From Treponemataceae bacterium (GTDB lineage: Bacteria; Spirochaetota; Spirochaetia; Treponematales; Rectinemataceae): a stretch of DNA of 64,000 bases. The position numbers were made by a program, and so were the translations under genes. Numbering within the stretch: the stretch's first letter is position 1; the number at the start of each line of letters is the position of its first letter. The notes below the pieces were generated by a model. The model saw only the letters and a program-made list of their open reading frames with translations. It was not told the origin of the DNA and did not search any database. Of this stretch, positions 10,194-18,965 are shown one piece after another. Location of the stretch: assembly GCA_963667725.2 (NCBI GenBank), contig CAXXHO010000003.1:96001-160000 (forward strand), given 5' to 3'.

Positions 10194-12149
10194 ATGCCCA
10201 GGCGGCTGCGCTTCATTCTGGCGGCTCTCGCGGGGCTGGTTTTTTCGGCGCTGCTTCTGCTCTCCGGCGCCGTCGAGGGAATCGATCAGACGCTTTACGA
10301 CATGACGGCGCGCGAGAGCGCGAGGATCGACCGCCGCGGGGAAGGGAAGGAAAAGCTCGGGAACGGCGGGGACTCCGGGCGCTTCGCTCCGGACGACGGC
10401 GCGGTGGAACTCATCTATATCGACCAATACAGTCTTGGCTGGGTGGAAGAAAACCTGGGGATAGCCTGGCCATGGCCCAGGGAGCTTTACGGCGTCATCG
10501 CGGCCTTCTGCTCGCAGGCGAAGGCTCAGGCTTTCGATATCATTTTCAGCGAGACATCGAATTTCGGTCCCGGCGATGATCTGCGCTGCGCCGCGGCCAT
10601 GGATGAGGCGGGCAACGTCGTCATCGCGGAGGCTCTCGATTCGCGCGGCGGGGGAAGCTTGAGGCCTCTGCCGACCGCCAAAGTGGATTTCGGCCGCGTG
10701 AAGGGGATTGTGGACAGCGATGGCGTCCTGCGCCGATATGACGTCGGGGCTGTTGAGGCTAGCGGCGGCGAGGGTGAGGCTAGCGGCGTCGAGGGTGAGG
10801 CTAGCGGCGTCGAGGGTGAGGCTAGCGGCGCTAGAAGCGGCGCTGGCGGGCGGGGCGCGGCTTCGCTCGGGCTCGCCATTCTGGCCAAGGGCGGCGATGT
10901 CCCGGCCAAGCTTCCTTCCGGCGATGTCTATCTGCGTTTCGGGGGCGCTTCGCCAACCCTGCCGGCGCGCAACGCGGCGGAAATACTCGCGAGCGCCATG
11001 AGTCTTCGGGAAGGACGCGAGCCGCAGGTTAACCCTGATGAATACGCGGGGAAATACGTTTTTATCGGCTTCTCGGCGCCGGGGCTCCTGGACAGGCAGG
11101 CCGTGCCGACGGATCAAGCGATGCCCGGCGCCGAGATTCACGCCACTTTCGTCGACAACGCGTTGCGGGGTCGGCTCCTCGGCACCCTGCCCGCGGCTAT
11201 AGAGCTGCTGCTTGTCTGCCTTTTCGCCCTGGGCGCCGCCTGGGCTTCCAATTACCTCAAAAAGCCCGCCTTCCTCACCGGCGGCGCTGCTCTTTTCGTC
11301 TTCCTTCCCGCGGCTTCAGGATTTGCCCTGTACAGAGCCGGCTATGTCGCCTCGGCGGGACTCGAGCTCTCCGCAGGGGCCTTTTCCTATGCGGCGGGGA
11401 TCATTCTTTCCTATGTCTCGGAGGGCAGGAACAAGGCCTTCCTGCGCCGCAGCTTTTCCCAGTACCTGGCTCCCTCCGTCATAGAAGCGCTCCTGCGGAA
11501 TCCGGGGCTTCTCAAGCTCGGGGGCGAGGAACGCACCCTGAGCGTGTTTTTTTCCGACATTCAGGGCTTCACCGCCTTGTCGGAGTCCATGAAGCCGGAG
11601 AAACTCGCCGCGTTCATGAACAGCTATCTCGCGATCGTCACGGGCGAAATTCTCGCGGAGGGTGGAACGGTGGACAAGTACGTCGGCGACGCTGTCGTCG
11701 CTTTCTGGAACGCCCCCCTGGACCAAGATGACCATGCCCTCAGGGCAGTCAGGGCCGCGCTCCGCTGCCAGAAAGCCCTGGGCGACGCTCGGGAAGTTTT
11801 CGCGGCCCTTGGCGTTCAGGTTCCCGTGACGCGGATCGGGATACATACGGGTAAGGCCATCGTGGGCAACATGGGCTCGCCCTCGCGCTTTAATTACACG
11901 GCGTTGGGCGATGTTGTAAATACGGCCAGCAGGCTGGAAAGCGCGAACAAGGCGACGGGGACGAATATCCTGGTATCGGGTGACACCGCGGCAGCGGCGT
12001 CCGGCGGCAGCCTCGTGTTTCGTCGTCTGGGCGAGATTCTCGTCCATGGAAAGAAAATCCCGATAGAAGTCTGGGAACCGCGCGACGCGGGAGAAAAACC
12101 CGGCGAAGCATCGCCATGGAGCGGCGTCAAGGACTGCGGCGCTGTCTAG
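10194..12149 (+). CDS. CHASE2-domain class III adenylate cyclase
   Basis: WPWPR, FDIIF.E, D.DGVLRR and PGAEIHA (CHASE2), then 3 TMs. Cyclase motifs FSDIQGFT, DKYVGDA and YTALGDVVNTASRLE are intact. Confidence 0.95.
   Translation: MPRRLRFILAALAGLVFSALLLLSGAVEGIDQTLYDMTARESARIDRRGEGKEKLGNGGDSGRFAPDDGAVELIYIDQYSLGWVEENLGIAWPWPRELYGVIAAFCSQAKAQAFDIIFSETSNFGPGDDLRCAAAMDEAGNVVIAEALDSRGGGSLRPLPTAKVDFGRVKGIVDSDGVLRRYDVGAVEASGGEGEASGVEGEASGVEGEASGARSGAGGRGAASLGLAILAKGGDVPAKLPSGDVYLRFGGASPTLPARNAAEILASAMSLREGREPQVNPDEYAGKYVFIGFSAPGLLDRQAVPTDQAMPGAEIHATFVDNALRGRLLGTLPAAIELLLVCLFALGAAWASNYLKKPAFLTGGAALFVFLPAASGFALYRAGYVASAGLELSAGAFSYAAGIILSYVSEGRNKAFLRRSFSQYLAPSVIEALLRNPGLLKLGGEERTLSVFFSDIQGFTALSESMKPEKLAAFMNSYLAIVTGEILAEGGTVDKYVGDAVVAFWNAPLDQDDHALRAVRAALRCQKALGDAREVFAALGVQVPVTRIGIHTGKAIVGNMGSPSRFNYTALGDVVNTASRLESANKATGTNILVSGDTAAAASGGSLVFRRLGEILVHGKKIPIEVWEPRDAGEKPGEASPWSGVKDCGAV
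10754..10830 (+). repeat. In-frame 21-bp tandem repeat (about 3.7 copies) inside the CHASE2 domain
   Basis: TGAGGCTAGCGGCG(G/T)CGAGGG x3 plus a 14-bp partial copy, encoding EASG(G/V)EG. Confidence 0.95.
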
Positions 12150-12184
12150 GCGAGCTTCGGCGCCGCAGCCTCGAACCGCGGCGC

Positions 12185-12207
12185 GGCATTCGGCGACGCC
12201 GAATGCC
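12185..12207. terminator. Inverted repeat between the convergent cyclase and ecfT genes
   Basis: GGCATTCGGCG-A-CGCCGAATGCC is a perfect palindrome; no U-tract. Confidence 0.45.
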
Positions 12208-12962
12208 TAGATACCCAGGCCGGCCAGCAGGAGGAGCAGGGCTCCGGAAGCGGCTAACGCGATGTCCAAACGAGAAAAATTCCGCAGACTGATGGTCCTG
12301 TCTTCCGAATACCCCCGAAGTTCCATCGACCTGGCCGCGGCCAGGGCTCCCTTTATGCTCATGAAGACGAAGGTCTGAAGCATGGGCAGCATCCCCGCCA
12401 GCCTGTTTCGACGGATTCCATACCCACGGAGTTCGGCCGCTTCCTTCACTCTCCTGTAATTTTCAAACACTCGCGGCAAAAACAGGAGGGAGAGCGACAC
12501 CATCATGCCCGGATCGGAGAGGACGATGGACCTGCCTTCGTTTTTTCGGAAAAAACCGGCGATCCCGCGGGCCGCTGCGCTGAGATAATCCCCGAGTTCC
12601 GATGCCTTCGTGCTTACGTAATAGACGCGCGCGAAGACGAATACGGCGGCCAGCCTGGCCGCGTAGAGGCCTGAATCGGGAAGCGTTTCGACGGCGAAAA
12701 CGCGGCCGTCGCCCGGAAAGATGCCGCGCACGATGGCGGAGAACAGCGCGAGATAGCCTATAGCGGCGCCCGCTCTGCCCATCCCTTTAAAGGGAATGCG
12801 CATGGCGGGCATGAGGAGAAGGCCGCCGACGATGAGAAGGACGAGGGGAATCGGGCTAAAGCTCATGGCCGCCGTGGAGACGCATATGAGGAAGATGGCT
12901 TTGGATGCCGCCGAGAGGTTCGCGAGAGGGCTGTCCAGAGGTTCGAAGGCGAAAGGATTCAT
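12207..12962 (-). CDS. ECF transporter transmembrane component T (BioN-like)
   Basis: Start at MNPFAFEPLDSPL overlaps the ATPase stop. Two xRG motifs (ELRGYG, MELRGYS). Confidence 0.85.
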   Translation of the reverse strand: MNPFAFEPLDSPLANLSAASKAIFLICVSTAAMSFSPIPLVLLIVGGLLLMPAMRIPFKGMGRAGAAIGYLALFSAIVRGIFPGDGRVFAVETLPDSGLYAARLAAVFVFARVYYVSTKASELGDYLSAAARGIAGFFRKNEGRSIVLSDPGMMVSLSLLFLPRVFENYRRVKEAAELRGYGIRRNRLAGMLPMLQTFVFMSIKGALAAARSMELRGYSEDRTISLRNFSRLDIALAASGALLLLLAGLGI

Positions 12963-13708
12963 GGCTGGGGGTATGTCCAGGGGAAGTGGCCTTCGAAGGG
13001 GCAGGCGAGGCCGTGCGCGGCGAAAAGCTCGGGTGCGGCGGCTGAAGGTTTGCCGTCGAAACAAATCCCGCCCTTGTCGAGAATGATGAGCCTGTGGGCC
13101 AGGAAAAGAATCTTTTCCAGTTCATGCGTCACGATGATGAGGGTGATGCCGCTCTTTTCGAGCTCGCCGCAAATCCTGACGATATCGTTCACGGATTCCA
13201 GGTCCAGGTTGGCGAAGGGTTCGTCGAGAATGAGGCAGTCGGGCCTCATGGCCAGGACGCCGGCGATGGCCAGCCTGCGTTTTTCTCCTCCCGAAAGGGT
13301 TTCGGGCCGGCGTTCCTCAGCGCCCGACAATTTGGCCTCGGCCAGCGCTTCTTTCGTTCTTGTCATTATTTCGGAAGGGGAAAGCTTCAGGTTGGAGGGA
13401 CCGAAGGCGACGTCCTCGGCTACGGTCTGGCCCAGTATCTGGGAGTCAGTATCCTGGAACACGAAGCCTACCGAGCGGCGAAGGGCTTTGACATCGCCGC
13501 GCAGGTCGGCGCCGCGGAAGATGACCTTTCCCTTCGTCGGGGTCGAAATGCCCACGAGATGACGGGCCAGAAGGGTTTTTCCCGAGCCGTTCCTCCCGGC
13601 GATGACGATGAATTCGCCATCGTTTATCGAAAGATCTATGTTACTGAACGCTTCCGTCCCGTCGCGGAAGCTATGGGAGAGCCCCTCGACGCGAAAAAGC
13701 TCAGACAT
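12959..13708 (-). CDS. ECF transporter ATPase (BioM/CbiO-like)
   Basis: GRNGSGKT, VGFVFQD, LSGGEKRR and LILDEPFANLD motifs. Confidence 0.92.
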   Translation of the reverse strand: MSELFRVEGLSHSFRDGTEAFSNIDLSINDGEFIVIAGRNGSGKTLLARHLVGISTPTKGKVIFRGADLRGDVKALRRSVGFVFQDTDSQILGQTVAEDVAFGPSNLKLSPSEIMTRTKEALAEAKLSGAEERRPETLSGGEKRRLAIAGVLAMRPDCLILDEPFANLDLESVNDIVRICGELEKSGITLIIVTHELEKILFLAHRLIILDKGGICFDGKPSAAAPELFAAHGLACPFEGHFPWTYPQP

Positions 13709-14264
13709 CGGCGTCGCGGCCCGTCAGGATTTCGATCCCGGCGAATAGTCTGGGAGCGAGGAGGGAAGCCAGCGCGATCTTGATGATGTCGCCCAGGATG
13801 AAGGGATAGAGCCCCGCCGCCAAGGCCTTTCCCCACTCGATGTCCAGGACTGACTTCAGCCAGACAATCCCGAAAGCGTACACGATGGTCATGCCGGTCA
13901 GGCAGGCGAAAATGTTGATCGGCACTTTGCGTTTTCCTTTTGTGGCGATGAAGCCCATGACGATGCTGGCCGGAATGTATCCGATAAGATAGCCGCCGGT
14001 GGGGCCGATCAGTTTCGCGATTCCGCCCGCGCCGCCAGAGAAGACAGGCAGCCCGAGAAGGCCGAAAAGCAGGTAGAGGACGGTCGCGAACAGGCCCCAC
14101 TTGGGACCCAGGATGAGGGCCGCCAACATGATGAACATATTCTGCAAGACTATAGGAACGGGGCTTCCGGGCACGGGCAGGGCTATGAAGGCCCCGATGG
14201 AAATCAGCGCCGCGAAAAGGCAGGACAGCACGGCGTTCGTCAGTTCGTTCGATTTGCGATTCAT
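13701..14264 (-). CDS. bioY: Biotin transporter S component
   Basis: VPIVLQN, GLPVFSGGAGG and GPTGGYLIG signature. ATG 14264 is preferred to 14285 because it sits just after a TTGACG-17-TACGTT promoter. Confidence 0.93.
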   Translation of the reverse strand: MNRKSNELTNAVLSCLFAALISIGAFIALPVPGSPVPIVLQNMFIMLAALILGPKWGLFATVLYLLFGLLGLPVFSGGAGGIAKLIGPTGGYLIGYIPASIVMGFIATKGKRKVPINIFACLTGMTIVYAFGIVWLKSVLDIEWGKALAAGLYPFILGDIIKIALASLLAPRLFAGIEILTGRDADV

Positions 14265-14351
14265 TGTTGGCGAACGTACCACCATGGAGAAAACGCGTCA
14301 AGCGGAGGAATGTTGTGGAAACCGGGGGCTCCATGGTAGCCTGTGATTCCG

Positions 14352-15998
14352 ATGAGCGAAAACAATCTCCGCGTGACTTTCGTCAGCCTCAATATAAAGG
14401 AAGACCGCGGCACCCTGCCCCTCGGGGCCGGCTGCGCGGCGACTTCCCTCCTGGCCGCGGGGCTGGCGCGCCGCGAAGATATATTCATCCTGGAAGCCTG
14501 CGTCGACGACGGAGAAGACGATCTTCTGCGCAGGATTGTCGAGAACCGCCCCCAGGTCGTGGGTTTTTCCCTCTACTGCTGGAATTCCACGACCTTCGCG
14601 TCGCTGGCTGAGCGGCTGAAGGCCGATTTTCCGGAAATTCTCCTCATCGCGGGGGGGCCGGACGCCGAACGCTTCGTGCCGGAGCGGCTGAAGGCGGAGG
14701 AGCCGGGGCTCTCATGCCGCTTCGACGCGCTCTTCCTGGGTGAAGCCGAGGCGAGCCTCCCCGCGTGGCTGGCGGCGACTGCGGCGTCCAGCCCCTCCAT
14801 CATTCGCGCCAAGCCCTGCGACGCGTCTTCACTTTCTTCTCCCTGGCTGGAAGGAATTCTGGAGCCCCGGCGCGGAGGGGCCGTGGCATGGGAGCTGACG
14901 AGGGGCTGTCCCTTCCGCTGCACCTACTGCTATGAAGGCAGGGGCTTTTCCGGCCTCAGGCACTTCCCCGCCGAAAGGCTGGAGAAGGAGCTGGAGCTTT
15001 TTACGCGAAGCGGCGTCAAGGAAGTCTTCGTCCTGGACCCCACCTTCAACACGCAGGGCAAACGTGCCATGTCGCTGCTGAAGTTCTTCGCGGAGAAGGG
15101 CGGGGATATAGACTGGTATTTCGAGATCCGCGCCGAGCTTCTCGACAGGGCGCAGGCTGAAGCCTTCGCCGCCATCCCCTGTTCGCTGCAGATCGGGCTC
15201 CAGAGCGTTCGTCCCGAAGTGCTGAAAAATATCGGCAGGCAGATGGACCGAAAAAAATTCGCCTCGAAAATCGGCCTTCTCAATCAGACGGGAGCCGTAT
15301 TCGGCCTGGACCTCATCTATGGACTGCCGGGCGATTCGCTTTCGGGTTTTCGCGAAAGCCTCGATTTTGCCCTTTCCCTGATGCCCAACCATCTCGACAT
15401 CTTTCCCCTTGCCGTCCTGCCCGGTACCACCCTCTACGGACAGAGCCGAGAATTCGTCCTCGAATTCGACAGCCAGCCGCCCTATCTGGTAAAAAGCCAG
15501 CCCGGCTTTTCCTCAGGCGATATGGACGCGGCGGCCAGGCTCGCCCGCGCCTGCGGAACTTTCTATACGAAGGGCAGGGCCGTTCCCTGGTTTCTGTCGA
15601 TCCTGAAGCCCCTGCGCATGTCGCCATCGGCCTTTCTGGCCGGATTCGACACGATGGAGACTCGAGGGAAGACGCGCGGGGAGGGACTGCCGTCGGGGCA
15701 CGCGGCGATCGAAGCCCTTCAGTGCGCGTACATTTCGCGGCTCTATGCGCGGCAGGGGAAAGATGACCTCCTGCCCGCCGCCCTGGATCTGCTGCGCTTC
15801 CACGGGGCATGGTCCAGAGCCTTCGCCGATGGCGAAGCGTCGAGGCTGGAGCTGACCTATCCTCTTCACCTGGTGGAAAGTCCGGAGATGCTGGATATCG
15901 AATATTTCCGCAGGCATAACGACCCTCATCCCTGCCGCGTTGCGATCATGCCGACGAAGGATGGCCCTCGCGCAAGAATTCTATCGAAACATGAATAA
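14352..15998 (+). CDS. B12-binding-domain radical SAM protein
   Basis: N-terminal B12-binding pattern (PLG, VVGFSLYCWN, IAGGP, GEAE) and RGCPFRCTYC (CxxxCxxC), IGLQS, DLIYGLPG. Confidence 0.9.
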   Translation: MSENNLRVTFVSLNIKEDRGTLPLGAGCAATSLLAAGLARREDIFILEACVDDGEDDLLRRIVENRPQVVGFSLYCWNSTTFASLAERLKADFPEILLIAGGPDAERFVPERLKAEEPGLSCRFDALFLGEAEASLPAWLAATAASSPSIIRAKPCDASSLSSPWLEGILEPRRGGAVAWELTRGCPFRCTYCYEGRGFSGLRHFPAERLEKELELFTRSGVKEVFVLDPTFNTQGKRAMSLLKFFAEKGGDIDWYFEIRAELLDRAQAEAFAAIPCSLQIGLQSVRPEVLKNIGRQMDRKKFASKIGLLNQTGAVFGLDLIYGLPGDSLSGFRESLDFALSLMPNHLDIFPLAVLPGTTLYGQSREFVLEFDSQPPYLVKSQPGFSSGDMDAAARLARACGTFYTKGRAVPWFLSILKPLRMSPSAFLAGFDTMETRGKTRGEGLPSGHAAIEALQCAYISRLYARQGKDDLLPAALDLLRFHGAWSRAFADGEASRLELTYPLHLVESPEMLDIEYFRRHNDPHPCRVAIMPTKDGPRARILSKHE

Positions 15999-16004
15999 AT
16001 ATGC

Positions 16005-16033
16005 TTGACATGCCGTCATACTTTCTGTATCGT
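16005..16033 (+). promoter_or_regulatory. Sigma-70-type promoter of the asn leader/asnA transcript
   Basis: TTGACA (16005-16010), 17 bp, TATCGT (16028-16033). Confidence 0.75.
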
Positions 16034-16043
16034 GCCTGTATCT

Positions 16044-16130
16044 ATGAAGCGAAACGTGTTTAACGCCAACTCCAATCTTCTCAATAATAATAACGGAACT
16101 GCCGCAGCGGTGCCGGAGCTGTGCGCATAG
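16044..16130 (+). CDS. Asn-rich leader peptide (28 aa) of a putative asparagine attenuator
   Basis: MKRNVFNANSNLLNNNNGTAAAVPELCA*. Eight Asn codons lie in the first 17, including a run of four. It sits between the promoter and a terminator upstream of asparagine synthetase. Confidence 0.85.
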   Translation: MKRNVFNANSNLLNNNNGTAAAVPELCA

Positions 16131-16150
16131 ATAGATAAAGACTGAAATGG

Positions 16151-16180
16151 GACCGGCCCTTTATGGGGCCGGTTTTTTTT
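16151..16180 (+). terminator. Intrinsic terminator (attenuator)
   Basis: ACCGGCCCT-TTAT-GGGGCCGGT hairpin running into T8. Confidence 0.9.
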
Positions 16181-16381
16181 GGTCCGCGTCATTGGCGAAT
16201 GTCCTGAAAGCTTCTTGAAAGGAGGGCGGAGGATGATATTCAGTTATGGCATCCTCATGGGTAATGCGTTTTTTATCCATGACAGTTACCGGGGAATTTT
16301 ATGCGGATCCGTTTTTCGGAACGCATGCCTGATTCCGGCTGGATTAGGCCGGACAATGTAGGATGAAGAATAGGAATAACC

Positions 16382-17641
16382 ATGAAGACGATTAAAAGCA
16401 CGTATGAATATGCAGTTCCCGAAAAAGCCGAAACCATCGGCGCCGCCCTTGCCGATTGGAGGGATAGCCTGAAGGAAAAGGGAAGCTCCTTCAGCGGACA
16501 CCTGGGCAAGTATTATCTCGAAAAATGGAGCGATCCTCTCCTCGCCGATGTCATGGCCATACGCACGAGTTTCATACTCGCCATGCAGGAATTCCTGGCC
16601 GAGCGGGGATTGTCCAACATCGACAGGGTTTCGCTTTCGCCCATCACCGATCCACTCTGCCATGATGTCGAGCACGTGCCCGTCATTCACTACAAGGATG
16701 TGCCCTACCGGACGACGCATTCCATGATCTACTCGAAATTCCTGGCATGCGTGAACCCCGCGGTAAGGGGCGTGTTCATCGATTCACCCAACATCAGGCT
16801 GGAACTGCCTCATGAGGATGTCACCAAGCGGAAAAAGTACCTGATCGACTTTTCCCAGATGGATATGGAAGCGAAGCGTAGCGTCTATATATCGGATGAC
16901 GATTATTTCGACGATCCCGCGAAGGTTACGCTGCTGCTCGAGAAGGAAAGGGACGAGGCCCTGGATTTTTTCGAGGATCTGATCATTTCCGTGGTCAGGA
17001 AAGTGAAGGCCGCATGTCCCGAATGTCTCGCTTCCTTGGGCGTCGCGCTCGACGTTCCGCAGAAACCATTTCCGCGCTTCTATAAAGACGAATCCGGAGA
17101 CGACGAAGGACTCGAGGCGAGGCTTGGCGCCGCGGCGGGCACGCAGTTTTTCTGGGTGCTGGGACTTCTGAGGGAAAACTACGATCTTGTCTATCCCTTC
17201 CTCAAAAGGGACGGCTCGGTCAGTTCGGCCTCATCCATAAGCTCGCGCCAGGTTTTCAACTATGATCTCTGCGCCGCCGCTAAATATCTGGACGGTTCCT
17301 ATGGGGAGGCTTTCGAGGTGCTGTCGGGAGGCTTGAGGGAATGGTTCTATCCGGCGATCATCGCGCGCCTGCTGCAGAACGGCATTCTGTCGCAGGCGCC
17401 GCGCTTTGACGAACAGGGCGATATCGAGAATATCGAAGCCCTGGAAGGCTATGGCCCCTTCCTCTCCGCGGTGGCGGCCCGGACGCCCGAGGGGGAATCG
17501 CTCTTTCCCCAGACCTTCGGCGGCGGCATCGGCATCGAGAGAACCCTTTTCACGCTGCTGCAGGGACCTAAAATACACAGCATCGACGAGACTACGTTCT
17601 TCGGGAAGAATCCCGATCAACCGGGACCCTTCCTGTTCTAG
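16382..17641 (+). CDS. asnA: Archaeal-type asparagine synthetase A (AspRS/AsnRS catalytic-core paralog)
   Basis: SPITDPL, THSMI, SPNIRLE (motif 2), FSQMDME, EVLSGG.RE and GGGIGIER (motif 3), as in Thermococcales-type AsnA. No OB-fold anticodon domain. Upstream Asn-rich leader. Confidence 0.85.
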   Translation: MKTIKSTYEYAVPEKAETIGAALADWRDSLKEKGSSFSGHLGKYYLEKWSDPLLADVMAIRTSFILAMQEFLAERGLSNIDRVSLSPITDPLCHDVEHVPVIHYKDVPYRTTHSMIYSKFLACVNPAVRGVFIDSPNIRLELPHEDVTKRKKYLIDFSQMDMEAKRSVYISDDDYFDDPAKVTLLLEKERDEALDFFEDLIISVVRKVKAACPECLASLGVALDVPQKPFPRFYKDESGDDEGLEARLGAAAGTQFFWVLGLLRENYDLVYPFLKRDGSVSSASSISSRQVFNYDLCAAAKYLDGSYGEAFEVLSGGLREWFYPAIIARLLQNGILSQAPRFDEQGDIENIEALEGYGPFLSAVAARTPEGESLFPQTFGGGIGIERTLFTLLQGPKIHSIDETTFFGKNPDQPGPFLF

Positions 17642-17661
17642 TCAGTCACTGAATGAGGCTT

Positions 17662-17700
17662 GGAGGATGGGCCGTTTCCGAAGGAAACGGCCCATCCTCC
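17662..17700. terminator. Perfect 18-bp inverted repeat between the convergent asnA and DUF438 genes
   Basis: GGAGGATGGGCCGTTTCC-GAA-GGAAACGGCCCATCCTCC. Confidence 0.7.
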
Positions 17701-17708
17701 CGGCGCAG

Positions 17709-18965
17709 TCATTCCCAGTCCAGGAGACGGCGCTGCCCCTGTAAGGCCCTGAGCTCGGTGAGGTCCTGACTTACCTCGAGGGTTCCCTTATAGCTGCCGG
17801 CAGCGTCGTACAAGGCATAATATTCGATGAGGATGAAGCGGCCGCCCATCTCTATCCAGAATCTGGCCTTGTCTTTTTCCTTGTTCTTGAACGAGGCGAG
17901 AATCTTGTTCACCGTATCGACCGATTTCTGCGGGTGACAGTTCTGGACGGTCCGTCCTATGGCGGCCGGGCTCCGCGGGAAAATCCTGTGCGGAACATCG
18001 GAATAATAGAGCACCCTGTCGTTCTCGTCGACGATGCTGATGTCGACGGGCATCGTCTTGAGGGCTATATCGAGCAGTTCCTTAGAGACGCGGCCGGTGG
18101 AGAGGTCCAGCAGGTCGGACAGCGCCTCGGGCACGGCCGTTGGCGTCGACGTTGTTGTTGGCGCCGCCGCAGACACCGCTGATATCGCTGACGCCTCAGG
18201 CACCGAATTCGCCAGCACCAGGCCGGCATCGTAGAGCGAAGCCGGATGAATCCAGGCGAAGCCTATGGCCTCCTCCCCCTGACGGATCTCGGCCCATTCG
18301 CGGCTGGTAAGGCGTCGTGTCGCTTCGGGGATAAGGATGTTTTCTTCCATGAAGATCATCTTCCTGATTTTTGAGGCGAGGGCCCTGGCCTGCGCGGAGA
18401 ATTCGCCGGGCATCCGGTCCAGGGCTTGCCTGGCATCCTTGAAGAGGGCCCTGATCTCATCGTGCTTGCCCCACATCACGCGGGAAGGGCCGGTGAAGCT
18501 GTGCTTTTCCAGATAGGGGAAGAGCTGATTTTCTTTCCTGGCGTAATGGATGATGATGGCCGAAAGATCGTCTAGCGCCTTCTGCGCCGTATCCCTGCTT
18601 CCGATCCCCCAGGTCCAGGACCTCGCCGCCGCCTTCAGCGCCGCGGCTTTCTTCTTCGCGAGCTTGTTTTCCTCGAGCATCGAATGAACGGGATGGCCGG
18701 CTATGCCGCTCGGCTTGTCGGCTTTGGCGAGCGAATTCTCGAAAACCTGAACATGTACTTCGCAGAGCCTCTGGACTTCTTCGACGGGCATTCCCCCATC
18801 GATGAGGGATTGTTCCATGGCCGCTACCTCGGCGGCGCTCACCCCATGGATGAGCTTCGCGAATTCTTTTTTGACTTCGGAGACAGGGGTCCCTTCATGG
18901 AGCCTGCCTATGATTTTTTTCAGCTGTACCTGTCGCTCTGGATTAATGGTGACGTATTCGCCCAT
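17709..18965 (-). CDS. DUF438 / hemerythrin-like / PAS domain protein
   Basis: EVQRLCEVH (DUF438), GHPVH..EN, HYARKENQLFP, VMWGKHDEIR and MIFMEE (HHE-like). C-terminal PAS_10 (RIFPRSP.IGR.V.NCHP.KS). Confidence 0.88.
   Translation of the reverse strand: MGEYVTINPERQVQLKKIIGRLHEGTPVSEVKKEFAKLIHGVSAAEVAAMEQSLIDGGMPVEEVQRLCEVHVQVFENSLAKADKPSGIAGHPVHSMLEENKLAKKKAAALKAAARSWTWGIGSRDTAQKALDDLSAIIIHYARKENQLFPYLEKHSFTGPSRVMWGKHDEIRALFKDARQALDRMPGEFSAQARALASKIRKMIFMEENILIPEATRRLTSREWAEIRQGEEAIGFAWIHPASLYDAGLVLANSVPEASAISAVSAAAPTTTSTPTAVPEALSDLLDLSTGRVSKELLDIALKTMPVDISIVDENDRVLYYSDVPHRIFPRSPAAIGRTVQNCHPQKSVDTVNKILASFKNKEKDKARFWIEMGGRFILIEYYALYDAAGSYKGTLEVSQDLTELRALQGQRRLLDWE

Noticed and set aside
10754..10830. 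Repeat considered as a CRISPR array
   Set aside because: Head-to-tail repeats without spacers, in frame within a CDS, and no cas genes.
16382..17641. Annotation as a functional Asp/Asn-tRNA ligase or EpmA
   Set aside because: It lacks the anticodon domain, and its motifs and the Asn-rich leader fit archaeal-type AsnA better.
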